From the NCBI RefSeq assembly GCF_018977255.1, contig NW_024705323.1, forward strand, positions 1-54,417: DNA of 54,417 nt. The letters are read 5' to 3'. Position 1 is the stretch's first letter; each line of letters starts with the position of its first letter. Position numbers and translations under genes: made by a program. The notes under the pieces were generated by a model. It saw only the letters and a list, made by a program, of their open reading frames with translations. It had not been told where the DNA came from and made no database searches. Shown here in pieces: positions 13,080 to 26,373 of this stretch. Source of the stretch: Callorhinchus milii (lineage: Eukaryota).

Positions 13080-13410
13080 GGTTTCTTGAGCTTTAAAAGA
13101 AAACGTCTCAGAGGTGACCTTATGGAGGTCTGTAAGACGCTAAATGTGATAGAGAAATCCTTCAGAGATGTCAAGGTACAAGACTTGGGGCATGTTTTCA
13201 GAGTTATAGATGCACTGTTAGGTCAGGTTGAGTTGTACCTCTATACACAGAGAGCAATGGGTTACACAGAGGAGTCCTGGTGAAGGGAGGTTGATCTTTC
13301 TCTGTAACAACTACAGACACACAGAATGTCACAGCACAGAAACAGACCATTTGGCCCATCATGTCTGTTCTGGTGTCTTTCTCCACATGATCCACCTAGT
13401 CCAGTCCCAT
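13080..13410 (+). mobile_element. Degraded CR1-type LINE 3' fragment
   Basis: LSFKRKRLRGDLMEVCK resembles the CR1 LFSLEKRRLRGDLIEVYK motif. Confidence 0.65.
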
Positions 13411-14076
13411 TCTTCCCCTCTCTCCCAGTCAGAGATTTTTCACTTGTGGCTATACAGGCCTGTGTACTGTAGCGCTGCAAGGATTATTGTTAATACTGTG
13501 ACAGAATACAGTCAGTTTCAGAAAAAGGACACACTTGGATGGTACGCACGTCAAATCAGTTGGAGATAACATTTTCAATCTAAATAAAAACATAACAATG
13601 TGAACTGTGAGGAAGTATAGAGCATCAATTTTCTTTGTTTAAGAAGCAAAGATTTGGAAAAAAAATGTCTGTCACGTGCATCCAGAAACACAACGCCCTC
13701 AGCAAAACTGTCCAGCTTACAGGAAAAGTCTACAATTCATTTTACATTGTTGGAAACAGAGTAGCTAATCAGTACATTTTGGTCACTCAGTTAATATGAA
13801 TAAATCTGAAGTTTGAGCAGTTTTATATATTACATTATCAATCGCAATTACCAATAATTACATACCTTAAATGCACATTTTTTTATTAACATTAAAAAAG
13901 ATGTATGAGATATACACCAATAAATGAAATGTCACACCATGAGGAATAATATTATCAAAATCTATATTAAAAAAGGATTATTTAGCTGTTCCGAGTTCAC
14001 CCACAGAGTGGGCTGCAGCCACAGGTTTAACAGATAAAGGCACCGTCCGGCAAAGTGGCTGTTTCTGGAGCTGATG

Positions 14077-14170
14077 TCACTGTAACGCATAGTTGAATTG
14101 GTTTGCAAACTTTTCGTGTTTCCTTTTGTCTATACGAGCTAAAGCTTCGGACACTCGTTTCACAGACAAC
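14077..14170 (-). CDS. UVSSA: UVSSA last coding exon (94 bp)
   Basis: tttgcAG|G LSVKRVSEALARIDKRKHEKFANQFNYALQ*; compare the human C-terminus ...KKHEKFSNQFNYALN. Confidence 0.92.
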
Positions 14171-14811
14171 CTGCAAAGAAAAACAAAAGAAAAAGGGTAA
14201 GGTAAAGATGCCCAATGATGTCTGCTTTGAGACTTGTGTAGTACTGCTGGTGCATTTCTATGTGTTACCATAGGGATATCAGTTGGCACAGCCATTGAGC
14301 CATAGAAATATACACCATAAAAACAAAGGCCAATTATACAATCATGTTCGTGCTAGCTCTTTTATAGAGCAATCCTTTCAGTACCATTAACATGCCATTT
14401 CTCCATACCTCATGGTTATTTGGATTTCAGTTCAGATTTAAGGTCGGGAGATGAGAACTTCAGATATCAATTTCAGAAGTCAACCCCTTGAATCAAAAGT
14501 CTTCCGAGCTGGGCAGAGGCTGAGAGGAGGTGTTTAGTCAGTAATTTTGTTCAGTGTGATTCCCATATTAAATGACTGGTTGGCACAAGCCATTAGTCTG
14601 GGCCTGTTTAACTTCACCTCCTCTTCTGTTAGAACAGCAATATCCCAATTTTTCGGTTTTAAAATCTATTTTAGGTATTTCATGGCAACGCAATAGTACA
14701 AGAGGGATAAAGCGGGGAGGTTGAGGATGTCAGAGCCGCAGGGAAGAAGGCATTGACGGGACCAAGGAGTATGGCTTGCCGATATTCAGTTGCAAAGCAG
14801 AGCTGAGGTTA

Positions 14812-15290
14812 GAATCATAGAATCTTAGAGTACAGGTGGAGGCCATTCAGTCCTGTGCCGGCTCTTTGAAAGAGCTACCCAATCAGTCCCACTCCCCGCT
14901 AGTTCCCCATTTCCTTGCAAATTTTTCCTGTTCAATTATATATCCAATACCTTTTTGAAAGTTGTTATTGAATCTGCTTCCACCACCCTTTCAGGCAGTG
15001 CATTCCAGACCATAACAACTCACTGGGTAAAACAAAAATGTCTCCTCATCCCACCTTTGGTTCTTTTGCCAATTATTTTAAACCTATGTCCTCTGGTTTC
15101 CAACCCACCTGCCAGTGGATTCAGTTTCTCCCCATCTACTCTATCAAAACCTTCAGAATTTTGAACTCCTCTATTAAATCTCTCCTTAACCTTTTCTGAT
15201 CTAGGGAGAACAATCCCAGATTCTCTAGTCCCTCTCTTTAATTATAAAGTCCCTCGTCCCTGGTACCATTCTGGTAAAGGTTCTACACCA
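14812..15290 (-). mobile_element. CR1-type LINE 3' fragment
   Basis: Typical CR1 3' end on the minus strand (TAGAATCATAGAATC...GGCCATTCAG...TCCACCACCCTTTCAGGCAGTGCATTCCAG...). Confidence 0.75.
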
Positions 15291-15429
15291 TCATGAAACA
15301 GATCCCTAGACAAGCACAGTTTTCTCTGATCCACTAAACCAAAGTACGGAGATGGTGGGAGAAACCTGATTCACTATGATTGAAGCCACTTTACCATTTC
15401 CTGCGCAGAACATTCTTAAAAAAAGGGAA

Positions 15430-15880
15430 GAAACATAGATTTACAGAGACAGGCCATTTAGCACAACTAATCTGTGACAGTATTTATACTCCACATGAGT
15501 CTCTACCCACTCCTCTTTCCCTCCTATACTCTTCTATTTCTCTCTCTCTCATCTGTGTATCCAGCTTCCTTTTGAATTCATCTACACTATTTGATTCAAC
15601 TACTGCTTCAGGCAGCGAGTTCCACAGTCTCACTACCCTCTGCATGAAGTAGTTTTTCCTAAATTCTCTTTTATATCCCCTAATCACTATCTTATACTTG
15701 TACCCTTGGTTATTTATACTAACATTATGAAACCCATTTCTAATTTTAAACACCTCTATTAGATCTATTAAACGTCTCTTTTCAGCAAAACAAAGGCTAA
15801 ATCTATCCAGCCAAACCTGATAGTAGTAACCTGCCAGCCCTGGTATCATCCTACTGAACCTACTCTTTCCATCATTGCTA
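15430..15880 (-). mobile_element. CR1-type LINE 3' fragment
   Basis: RMIPGL...EKRRLIDLIEVFKI...FMQRVVRLWNSLPEAVVESNSVDEFKRKLD is a CR1 ORF2 C-terminus. Confidence 0.85.
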
Positions 15881-16411
15881 TGTCCATCTGATTTACTTGT
15901 AGAATGTACTTTATAAACTTTTTTCAAGCCAAAGTATTCTCCAGAAGCTCTGCCTGCAGCAACCATAGGCTGGATTCAATAAGATGCATTGCAGAAGGCA
16001 GCCAGTCACATTTATGTAGTGGGGGTATCTCCAATGGGAATTTCAATAGGATTAGAGTGAACGGTTATTCCCAGTCCTGGAGTTAATCTCTTTCAATATC
16101 AGACTCCAGCACGGTTGAAGCTGTAGATGGGTCAGAATATGTAGAAGAGGTCATAACCGTCAACATCTCAGCCTCTCTGACATACTGGTGCATTTGGTTT
16201 GCATCACTGAAGCTGGAGCTGAAACGTATCAATCTGTGCCACTCACGAGCATCTCCTGGGAACTCCCTCAGAAATGGCATCCACAGCAGCTGTTTCAGTT
16301 TTAATCTTTGACTTTCCAAGTTGGATTAAAAAAACACTTGCGTGACATTGCTTGCACAAATTGGCTGCTGCGTTTGCCTACAAATACAGTCACTACACTT
16401 TGCAGAAAACT

Positions 16412-16737
16412 ATAATAATAATAATAATAATCCTTGCATTTGATATAGCGCTTTTCACGTCGGGAGGACGTCCCAAAGCGCTTCACAGAACACACTGTAA
16501 AGTGAATTGACTGTATATTTGTGGGCGAACGCGGCAGCCAATTGCGCACAGCAATGTCCCACAAACAGTCGTAGATTGAAAATGACCAATTTTATTATTG
16601 TTTTGTTTTGGAGGGACTATTATTAGGCTCTGTGTGGAGTAAGGAAACTTGCCAAAGGTTTCGCCCTCTGCCTGGAATTGAACTCAGGTCTCTCACTTGC
16701 AAAGCGAGTGCTCTAACCACTGAGCTACAGGACTCCA
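16412..16737 (-). mobile_element. tRNA-derived SINE
   Basis: Reverse complement of the SINE head (TGGAGTCCTGTAGCTCAGTGGTTAGAGC), core and (ATT)n tail. Confidence 0.85.
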
Positions 16738-16964
16738 AACTATGTGAAGTGTTCTGAAAAGAACGGGGGAGAGAGGCGGGATGATCTGGAGGGAGAGGGG
16801 GGGATGATCTGGGGGGAGAGGGTGGTGAACCTGGGAGAGAGGGGGATGACCCTGGACTAATGGGAGTGATGGGGGGGAGGAGAGAGAGAGAGAGAGGAGA
16901 CAATGGTTTACTGTATGTATTGCACACTTATACAAAAGCTGGTTGCTGCCTTAATAGTAATACA

Positions 16965-17128
16965 CTGGTCACTCAATCCACGACTGTTTGTGGGACACTG
17001 CTGTGCGCAATTGGCTGCCGTGTTTCACCCAGACAACACAGTGACTATACTTTACAGTATATTCTGTGAAGCTCTTTGAGACGTCTCAACGACGTGATAA
17101 AGCGCTATATCAAGAATTATTATTATTA
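16965..17128 (+). mobile_element. SINE 3' half
   Basis: Same core and tail as 10215-10580. Confidence 0.75.
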
Positions 17129-19096
17129 CGGAATGTGCACTCTCTCCCCAGAGAGATGCACCCTGTTTACCTAATCCCAGAGAGTATTTGGTGCTCATTG
17201 TCAACAGCCAAAGCTTGTAGAACACAGCGTGTGCGTTAGGATCTGCTGTAGTTTAACTAAAAATAATAGTAGTTCAAATTGCATAGTTTGCCGCTTACTA
17301 ATACCATCTACCTTGGCTTGCTGGGTTTAACAGAAGGTGAGTGGGAAGAATCCCTACTCCCCCAACATGGGGCTTCAACCCACAACCAACTGACTCAGAG
17401 GCAAGAGGGTGCTAGGCTGATTATGCCTACGTGGGTAGGAAGTTTTTGCCCACAAAATACACAGTCATTACACTTTATAGTATATACTGTGAAGCACTTT
17501 GAGATTTCTTGAAGACGTGATAAGGCGCTATATCAAATGCAAGGATTATTATTATTATTATTATTCATGGTGCTTTTTCAAGAGATGTTTGCAAATGTCA
17601 GGAGTTTCCTTTGGTACAATTTTACTGCTGTTGTTATTTTGTATAAAATGTGCATGCAGCGATTTTCACCGATTACTTGACAGAATTCATCCATGCCCAT
17701 CTTTAGAAGTACATAAAAAAAATCAACATCTGAAAGGTTTCATTCTTTTCATCACTGAACCAGTGCTTCATTTACTGCTTTTACTTGGATGGGATTAAAA
17801 AAAAGACACCAAATGCCTTCAATTGACTGCGAGCAAACAAAACCATGTAGTAGGCCTCTTTAGTTTAGGAATAATCACTTTGACTGCAATTGTACAGTAA
17901 ATGCCCTCAAGGAAAAGCTTGAATTAAATAAAAATTGCAACATCTCGAATATGAGTGTCTGAACAATGATTGTCCCCTCAGCAATTACACACAAAATCAA
18001 TACTTAAAGCAATGTGATACCTCAAAAGTGCTTTCCATTAATAAAAACACACCAGGACACTATATGTTTAACAGTATTATTTTCTATCTCCACCACCTGT
18101 GAAATTAGGAAACAGCAGACATGAAGCCCAAATATCTAATATTTAAGAGGACTCTTTAGCACTAATTCAGTGGCCTTGATACGTCCTGGTGTGTCATGTT
18201 AAGTCTGGCATCAGCATTGCTGTGCAGTGTGGCAGTGTAAATGAATTGATATCCATTTCAATCCTATGAACCCATTCACTAAATTTTATTGACAAGAACA
18301 GCAGGATTTTATTACTTGTAAATTCAAGGTTCTTTCCTTGTGATAAAAGAGCCAGGAGGTTAATTAACCCTTTACATAACCTCCACACCAAGTTTCTTGA
18401 AAGAAAATCCTGTGTTGCATTGAACAGAGCAACCGGAGACCACACAACTTCATCGCCCTTAAAACCCCTCTCTCACTTTATAAAAAAAATTACGTTTTCA
18501 AGAATCATATAACGATTTCAGATTTTACCATCAGAAATCAAAGCAATGCATTTATGAATGATTGGTGCAAACTTTCCTTTTGTCTTAGGGAGCTTCACCT
18601 CAAACCGGGGTATGATATTGCAAATTGTGTAAACCATGTGTAAATATAGGTTTGCTATGCATTAACCATGTCTACAGAGAGAATCTACAGAGACCCTTAA
18701 CTGTGTAATTAACAACTGATGAAAACAATTACGGAATCGCAATTTTATTCACTTATTTTCTCCCCTCGGCCTCAGTCACCCACTGTGATGTTTCCCAAGT
18801 GGCCACTCAGGTTTTCAAAGAATATTTGACCATGTGGGGGAGGGGTGTGTTAGTTGTGCTTCTGAATCTTGAGACTTTCTTGGTCTGTCTGCACTCTTTA
18901 CTGGATATACCTGCTGGGCCATTGGAGGATGCACATCACCACTATTATTTAAACAGTCCTGGTATTTATAGCCCCTGTTGTAAAACAGTGATCTGAGGCT
19001 ATGGAGGAGCTGAAACAAGCCGGCAGAGATGGAAATCCAGACCCAGTACAAGCGTGATGGGCTAACTGGTCTGCTTCTCTGCATTATTATTATAAA

Positions 19097-19502
19097 AATA
19101 ATAATCGTTGCATATGATACAATGCATTACCACGTTGTTGAGTCTCAAAGCGCTTAACAGAATATACGGTAAAGTGGATTGACTGCATATTTTGTGGGCA
19201 AATGCGGCAGCCAATTGTGCACTGCAGGGTCCCACAAACAGTCGTGGAGTGAGTGACCAAATTATAATTTATTTATGAAGGGATTATTACCTCCAAGAAA
19301 GTGATCCGCCAATTGACTAACAACTATATAATATTAGATTATTATTATTATTATTATTATTAACCGGGTTCCTACTTATTGCTAGGTAAACAGAGGCTTG
19401 TGAAGTAAGGAAATTTGCCTAAGATTTCGCCTGGCCCAGGAATCAAACCTGGATCATCTTGCTTGCGAGGCGAGTGCTCTAACAAATCACTAAAGGACTC
19501 CA
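19097..19502 (-). mobile_element. tRNA-derived SINE
   Basis: Head, core and tail on the minus strand. Confidence 0.8.
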
Positions 19503-19580
19503 TTCTATGATTCTATACATTGGAAATAAAAGCACTTCAGATATTTCGATACACACAGTGGAGAAAAAATAAGTGCTTAC

Positions 19581-19764
19581 TTATTGAAGATGCGCTTCTC
19601 CAGCCTGGATCTCGATGTATTGCTCTGCTGCTTCAAGTCAGTGAGGTTTGGGTACTTTTTCTTCTTTCCTTTTCCCTTTTTCCCTTTTTTATAGAGTTTA
19701 GAGGATCCCAAATCGACACCTTTGGCAGCTTCAATCTCTCTCATCAGCTCTGGATCCCGCCAGT
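19581..19764 (-). CDS. UVSSA: UVSSA penultimate exon (184 bp)
   Basis: tAG|(D)[65 protein letters not shown]; phase fits the last exon. Confidence 0.92.
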
Positions 19765-20914
19765 CTATAGGATGGTGAGAAACACCTATTACTCTCTCTG
19801 ACATTGGGAATGAAAAGGGAGGGTTGAGCATGAATTCAGACTTCCCTTCAACCTTCCTGCATTAACATCCATACTTTTTCAATACTCCACCCAATTCATA
19901 TTTTATCAATATACCCCTATCTTATTCGTTCACCTAAGAAATACACAGTAAAATCCTCTGAAGCGCTTTGAGATGTCCTCTCAAAGCGAAATATGTTGTA
20001 TCCAATGCAAGGTATATTGTGGATTACTTATACACGCCAGCATTTCATTTTGTGAAAATTCAAGTATGTAATACCAACTGCATTACCCTTATCTGCCATG
20101 TCAGGTTAGCTGAGCACGACCTCCCCTTCCTGAATCCTTGCTGACTCTCCTTTAACAAGATATCCTTTTCCAGGTATTAATTCATTGGGCAAGAGGCTGA
20201 AATTCCACTGTTACCTACTTATGCTGTGTGAGTTTATGATATTGTTGTGAGCAAATTGGCTGACGCATTTGCCTACATGGTCACTAAACTTGAGTAAAAT
20301 CCTGTGAAGCTCTTTGAGATGTCCTCCCGACGTGGAAGGGGCTATATCAAATGTAAGGATTCTTATTATTGTTATACAATTTAAATTTATATATCATCTT
20401 TTGCATTGGGTGACACCTCAGAGTGTATGAATTGATTATATTTTAATATTCATACGTATTCTCTGAGAGAAATTATGCCTTTCATGTGAAATACAGAGGC
20501 AATGGGGAGAAATTTGGGGCAAATAACAGGACTGGATCTTAAATCAATGTGTTATGAGGGGGCTAATTCCCCTTTGTACATACCGGTAACATTCTCACAA
20601 AATATGCCGTACAAGGGGAACTACAACAGAGTCAGCAGGAGGTTTGACTTCTGATAGTCATTCAATGATGAACCTTTGTGGCAAAATAGCCAGAGAATTC
20701 ACTAAGGAGTCAATAATCATCATAAAATCCTTCCACTTTCTTTCCCTACCTTCAAAACTCTCCCTGACTATGCTTTTGAACATCATCTTTATTGCCCCTC
20801 AGCCCCCCTCTTCCCCCATTTCCTTCATCCTGCTCAGGATGCGTTGAAAAGCACTTTGAATCCTTAACTTACTTAAAAAATGCGATATAACTGCATGCTG
20901 TTGCTGTTATACGA

Positions 20915-21480
20915 CCATAAAAATTTACAGCACAGAAGACCATTCAGCCCATCTTGTCCATGCTGACTCTTTGAAAGAGCAATTAATTCAGCCCCATTTA
21001 CTGGCCCCTTTCCCCACCTCCTGCAAATTACTCCTCTTTAGATATCTAGGAAGGAGATACTGCTTGCGTGAAGGGCACAATATAAATACATGTTGTTGCT
21101 GTAGTACTTAGTTCTCATAAAAATTAATATGGATTCTGTCTCGAACACTACTTTTGATCTGTTTGTGTAAAAAAACATTTTAATGTGCTCTGCTCCAAAG
21201 TTAATTCTCTTAAATTAATGTCCTCCAGTCACTGACTCATCAACCATTTGGAAATAATTTCTCCCATTTGACGCTTTCAAAATCCATCATAATGTTTAGA
21301 CCTCTATCAGGTCTCTCCTCAGCATTCTGTGTTCAAGTGAAAATAGGCACAGTTCCTCAAGCCTCTGGCATACTGCTCAGCCCTGTTATCATCCTAGTAA
21401 ATCTCCTCTGCTCCCTCTCTATGGCTCCTTCCTAAAATGCTGTGACAAAAATGGACACAGTTCTCTAAGTAACTGTGGAG
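20915..21480 (-). mobile_element. Degraded CR1-type LINE 3' fragment
   Basis: Similar to 14812-15290. Confidence 0.6.
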
Positions 21481-22764
21481 AGTGAAATCGTTCAGTATAG
21501 GGCAACAACAAATACTTGTATCCTATAGTGCCCTTCACGCAGAGTAGCTGTCTCGGACCTCAAGCATATACTATTTCTGCTTCCCATCAACGACTCACAT
21601 ATACAGCAATGCGATCTGTCATTCAGTGCATTTTGTTGTTTAAAAATCACTCATGAAAATTGATGGGACAGTAATCATACCAAGCATATTCCCAAAAGAC
21701 TCTTACTGAAGGAGGTCTTGGTTTCAGATGTAGAAGATTATTCTGTGTTATAGTAATTGCAGATCTATTTAAAAGCTGATCTCTCCCAAATGTGTTACAT
21801 GTTGCCATACAAATTACTGAATGCGACAGACACCTGGCCATATTTGCTATTTTAAATGATACTTTTCTACTTCAGCTAATACTGAAAGCCAAGTAGTTTC
21901 ATATGTTAATATCATGATTGCAAAAGTTGATGCGAGAATGCATTCTTTCACAATGCTTTGTTCCTGTAGTGAAGTTCACCATCAGTTATAATATACTTTG
22001 GCCCTGTTATAAACACAGTTCATTATTGCGTGAATTTGCTTAAAATTACGATTGCACTGTTGACCCAGTTCTCTGTGCATTCACACAGCCAGACCATTTG
22101 TTTCCAATTCACTGGCTGGCTTTTCACACAAACCTTGCCCGTCAATGTCACTTCCTGATGTGCTGTGCATGTGTAAAGCGGGAAGTGATGTCACTAGCAA
22201 CCTAACGACTCGGAAGTCGGTCATTTTAGGTTCAGCTCATAAAAAAAGGGCCATCTTTGAGGACATCAGGTCACCGTTTACATCAAGTCAAACAGGATGT
22301 AATATGGTGGTGACCGTAAGATCCAGAAGTTGGCCACTTTTTCTTTTAACGTAGGAACCAGAAGATGTGCACTTTGTACACACATACAGTCAAACCGTGC
22401 CTCACCAGGTTGGCATTTTGTGGATCCCAAACAAGGACAGATTGCATTTTTTGCTTTTAACAAAGTGCCCATTAACATCAAAAGTCTCAAAGGGCTTCAC
22501 ACTGGATTGCTGTCAAGTAAAGACTATGTTTGCACACAACAGATGTGAGTTAATAGTACATTTGTCAGGGTTTCATACTTTGCAGTCTTAAATCTAATAC
22601 AAACATGTCTGCATCCATTAGAATAATTACTTTGGTAATTTTTCTTCAAGTAAGTTTATATTTTAAGATTCATCTTTAATTCACTGAGATGAGCGCAACA
22701 GTTGTGAATAGTCAGAAGTCTCATCAAAATCTAATGTGTTTGCTTTATCAGATGTAATAATGTA

Positions 22765-23245
22765 TAATAATCCTTGAATTTGATATAGCGCCTTATCAGG
22801 TCTTTGAGACATTTCAAAGAGCTTCACAGAATATACTGTAAAGTGAATTGACTGTATAGTTTGTGGGCAAAATACAGCAGCCAATTGTGCACAGCAGTGT
22901 CCCACAAACAGTCGTGGATTGAGTGACCAAATTATTATTATTATTTATTAGTTTATTTTTTTGAAGCCATTACCATCTCTGAAAAAGCCAATCGACTAGC
23001 AACCGGGTTCCTATTTACTGCTATGTAAACAAGTTTGTGGATTAAGGAAACTTACCTAACTTTATAAAACTTGCCATTTTTTTTGGTGGGGGGGGGATTA
23101 TTACCCCCAGAATGAAATCTGCCAATCAACTAACAACCAGATTCCTACTTACTGCTGGGTAAACAGACTTGAGGAGTAAGGAAACCTGACACATGTTTTG
23201 CCCCGCCAAGAATCGAACCCAGGTCCTCTTGCTTCCAAGGTAAGT
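22765..23245 (-). mobile_element. SINE fragments (two adjacent pieces)
   Basis: Same family core, tail and head segments. Confidence 0.75.
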
Positions 23246-23316
23246 GTACCTGTTGCAAATTTTTTAAAAAAACATAGCTTACTGCTACTGGTGATCTTAA
23301 AACAACAGTTATAGAC

Positions 23317-23500
23317 CTTGAGCCGATCCTGGCGTTGGCAAAGTGTTCCATCAGGCATTGGTGCTTGGCACTTGTGATTTACTGGCTGAAACTCTCCGGC
23401 AAAGGTGATGTATCTGGTCTTCAGCATGGCTGCCAACTCATTATTCTCACTCTCGCCCTCTTCCTCTTTGTAACTCCAAAAACTGTGCTGACAGTCCACT
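23317..23500 (-). CDS. UVSSA: UVSSA exon (184 bp), first part of the C2HC zinc finger
   Basis: ct[66 protein letters not shown]. Confidence 0.92.
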
Positions 23501-24792
23501 CTAGAAAAACCCATTCTATCTTATAAACTAAAAATTAAATGTACTCAGCTGTGATAGTCGTCATTGCATCTGCTATTTATATGCTAATACCCTTTCTGGA
23601 AGGTCCTGCAAATTATTGCACTCCGGCAAGTCAGGTGAATCTGTCCCCAAGCCACTAACTGTACAATAAAAAAGTGCACAATATTTTAAAAGGTTATTGC
23701 AAAGATTTTTTAAACTAGAATGAATCAACATTGTTGTTCCAATCAAGTGTGATTTCAGCTTACGGTTCAATGTGATCGAGCGGTCGCTGATTGTCAAATC
23801 ATTAGCCAACAACGAACAAAAAGTATGTGGATGCATCAGAACACACTGGGGACTGTGCTGACAAGGCAAACCTGATTGATAAAAGGCATCTTGGTGCACT
23901 AATATTCAGATAAGTTTAACAATTTTAATAATAATCCTTCAATAATATTTATAATAATAATAATCCACTACATCATTTGATACCTTTCGGTTCAGGAGGA
24001 TGTCTCACGGTGTTTCACAGGATTTACTGTACAGTAGTGACTGGATTTTTGTGGGTGAGCACAGCAGCAAATTTGCACACGGCAATGTCCCACAAGAGGA
24101 CAATGTAGTGAATGAGCAAATTTTATCTGTTATTATTTATTCAGCTTTTACTGTTTTGGATTAGTTTCACTGTATCCTTTGTTCTTACATTTTTGGGCAT
24201 TTTGGGGCACTGTCTGCCTCTCTTTGCATATCAAGAATAAAACATTCAGAGATAAGATAAAACTGAGCTCAGGGTGTTTACAACAGTCTCCTTTGACCAC
24301 CACTTTATCCTTATTCACAATACAATGCACATATACACGTCTTATTGATAACCAGTGTTAACAGCCCAAGATTTATTTTGAATGGAAGTTTTTATTTAAA
24401 ATAAAGCTTTAAATTGATTTTCAAACGTTTTCAAAATGTTGAACATGCTGTTGTCAATGGAAAGCAAAAATCAGTACTGGAGCAACCAGTGGACATTCTG
24501 AAATCAGTCTACTTTCGTACAAAGATCACATTTTTATGGTGGCTTATGACATCGAAAATACTTCAAAGGTAATTACTGTCAAGTGTTGTGGCTATTTCTG
24601 TAGACAATAATTATAATAATCCTTGCATAATTATAATAGCACCTTATCAAATTCTGTGCTGTAAATTTTACAAAATTTTGTAAATTTTAAATATTATGAA
24701 TATAACATTTTGGAAATCCACTGGGATAGTGTGAAATTAGTTATAGTTTAGAAAAGTCGATGTGGACGATCTCCAATTGAACTCATGGCTAA

Positions 24793-24997
24793 GAGGTCAG
24801 AAATTCCATCCCATCTTAATCATTTGATCTTAAAATTTAGGATGGTGCAGAATCGTGGAAAATTCTTAAATAGTCTTAATTTAGAATCTTGAAAATCTAG
24901 CTTCCAAATTAAGACTGAATTTAAGACCTTCTTGGCAACCTTGAACATCAAGACAAAATGGTTTGACAGACTAAGAGTCGGTGGAATTTCAGGTCTC
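24793..24997. mobile_element. Possible MITE / palindromic non-autonomous DNA element
   Basis: Imperfect terminal inverted repeats GGTCAGAAATTCCA ... TGGAATTTCAGGTC, plus internal inverted AGTCTTAATTT / AAATTAAGACT. Confidence 0.45.
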
Positions 24998-26073
24998 AGG
25001 CCGGAAATTCCCATTTGGGTACGGTATATGAAATAGCTCAATCAGGGCTCCCTGATTTACCCTCAGCTTTTGAGAAGCATCAGACCTCAGCTCAACCCTT
25101 CCCACAGTCAAGGTTTTGATGATGGAGAATTTACCAGTGAATGGAATCGCGAGAATGATCACCGAGCTTATTGTACAGCTACAGCAATGAATCCCGAGTG
25201 ATTGTCTATCTCTACATCCTAAACCGGAGTCAAGATTTTTTTCCTGCTTACGCTCCATTCCCCTCATTTTGTCATCAGAAAGCTGAGCCTTTGACCATCA
25301 CCTCCCGAATACTCATCCAAAAATCTCTTAAGTCTTTCTACAGCACCTCTACCAGTTTTCAAAAATCTCCTAAAGAAAAATACTCTCTCTTCCATCACAC
25401 CTTTGGCCACCTCTAAGTTCCTTCCATTTATATCCAGCACCACTCCCATTGTTAAACACTCCAAAATGTTCTTTTATTTGAATGCGGCTCTATATTTGTA
25501 TGTTGTTCTCCACTTAAGCACTATTCAAAGTGTCGAATCTTCAATGTACTGGTACAGTGGTACACTAAAGTGGCATGGAGAGTGGAATCTAGTGGATCAT
25601 ACCTGCGGCTGTGCCTCAGCAAGTAACCAACTTCAGCGGGGGAACCTTTCCATAGCTGATTACAGAGCAGCATTGGATCTGAAAACCAATCGCCTCCCTG
25701 ACCCTCGGTTACATTATACCTTGGAGAATGGAGCCCGGAGAAGGGTAAGAGTATTTTTTTAAAAAAAAGTGGGAAATTTTAAAATAAAATACTTGCAATA
25801 GATTTTGCATTTAAGTGGCTTGAAGGCTCAGACCATAACTACATTTACAATTCCATACTTTTACAGCATTGAAACATGCCATTTGGCCTAACCAGTCTGT
25901 GCCAGTGCATAATATATTCTGAGAAAATAATATCTCGGGATTGAAATTAATATCTCGGGATACAGTACATAGTTTGGGACACGACATGTCAAGCGACTGC
26001 CAGGATGGTGGAAGGCGAATTAGATGGACCTTGGTCTTTTTTCGCCTAGCAAATGTTCTTATGTTCTCACTCA

Positions 26074-26373
26074 TGGAGTCCTGTAGCTCAGTGGTTAGAG
26101 AACTTGCCTTGCAAGCGAGATACCTGGATTCAATTCCAGGCAGGGTGAAACCTTGGGCAAGTTTCCTTACTCCACACGCCTAGAATCCCTCCAAAACAAA
26201 AAACATGGTCATTTTCAACGAAAGACTGTTTGTGGGACAATTGGCTGCCACGTTTTGCCCACAAATATACAGTGAATTCACTTTACAGTATATTCTGTGA
26301 AGCGCTTTGAGACGTCTAGAAAACATGAAAAAGCGCTATATCAAATGCAAGGATTATTATTATTATTATTATT
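26074..26373 (+). mobile_element. tRNA-derived SINE
   Basis: Head TGGAGTCCTGTAGCTCAGTGGTTAGAG through the (ATT)n tail. Confidence 0.85.

Noticed and set aside
11145..17220. Diverged ~90-bp direct repeat (about 11148-11237 and 17130-17217)
   Set aside because: Looks like fragments of an old interspersed repeat; no structure beyond that
21647..21680. CPINFHE as the missing UVSSA CPFHG exon
   Set aside because: Followed by a stop codon, no acceptor site and no further similarity
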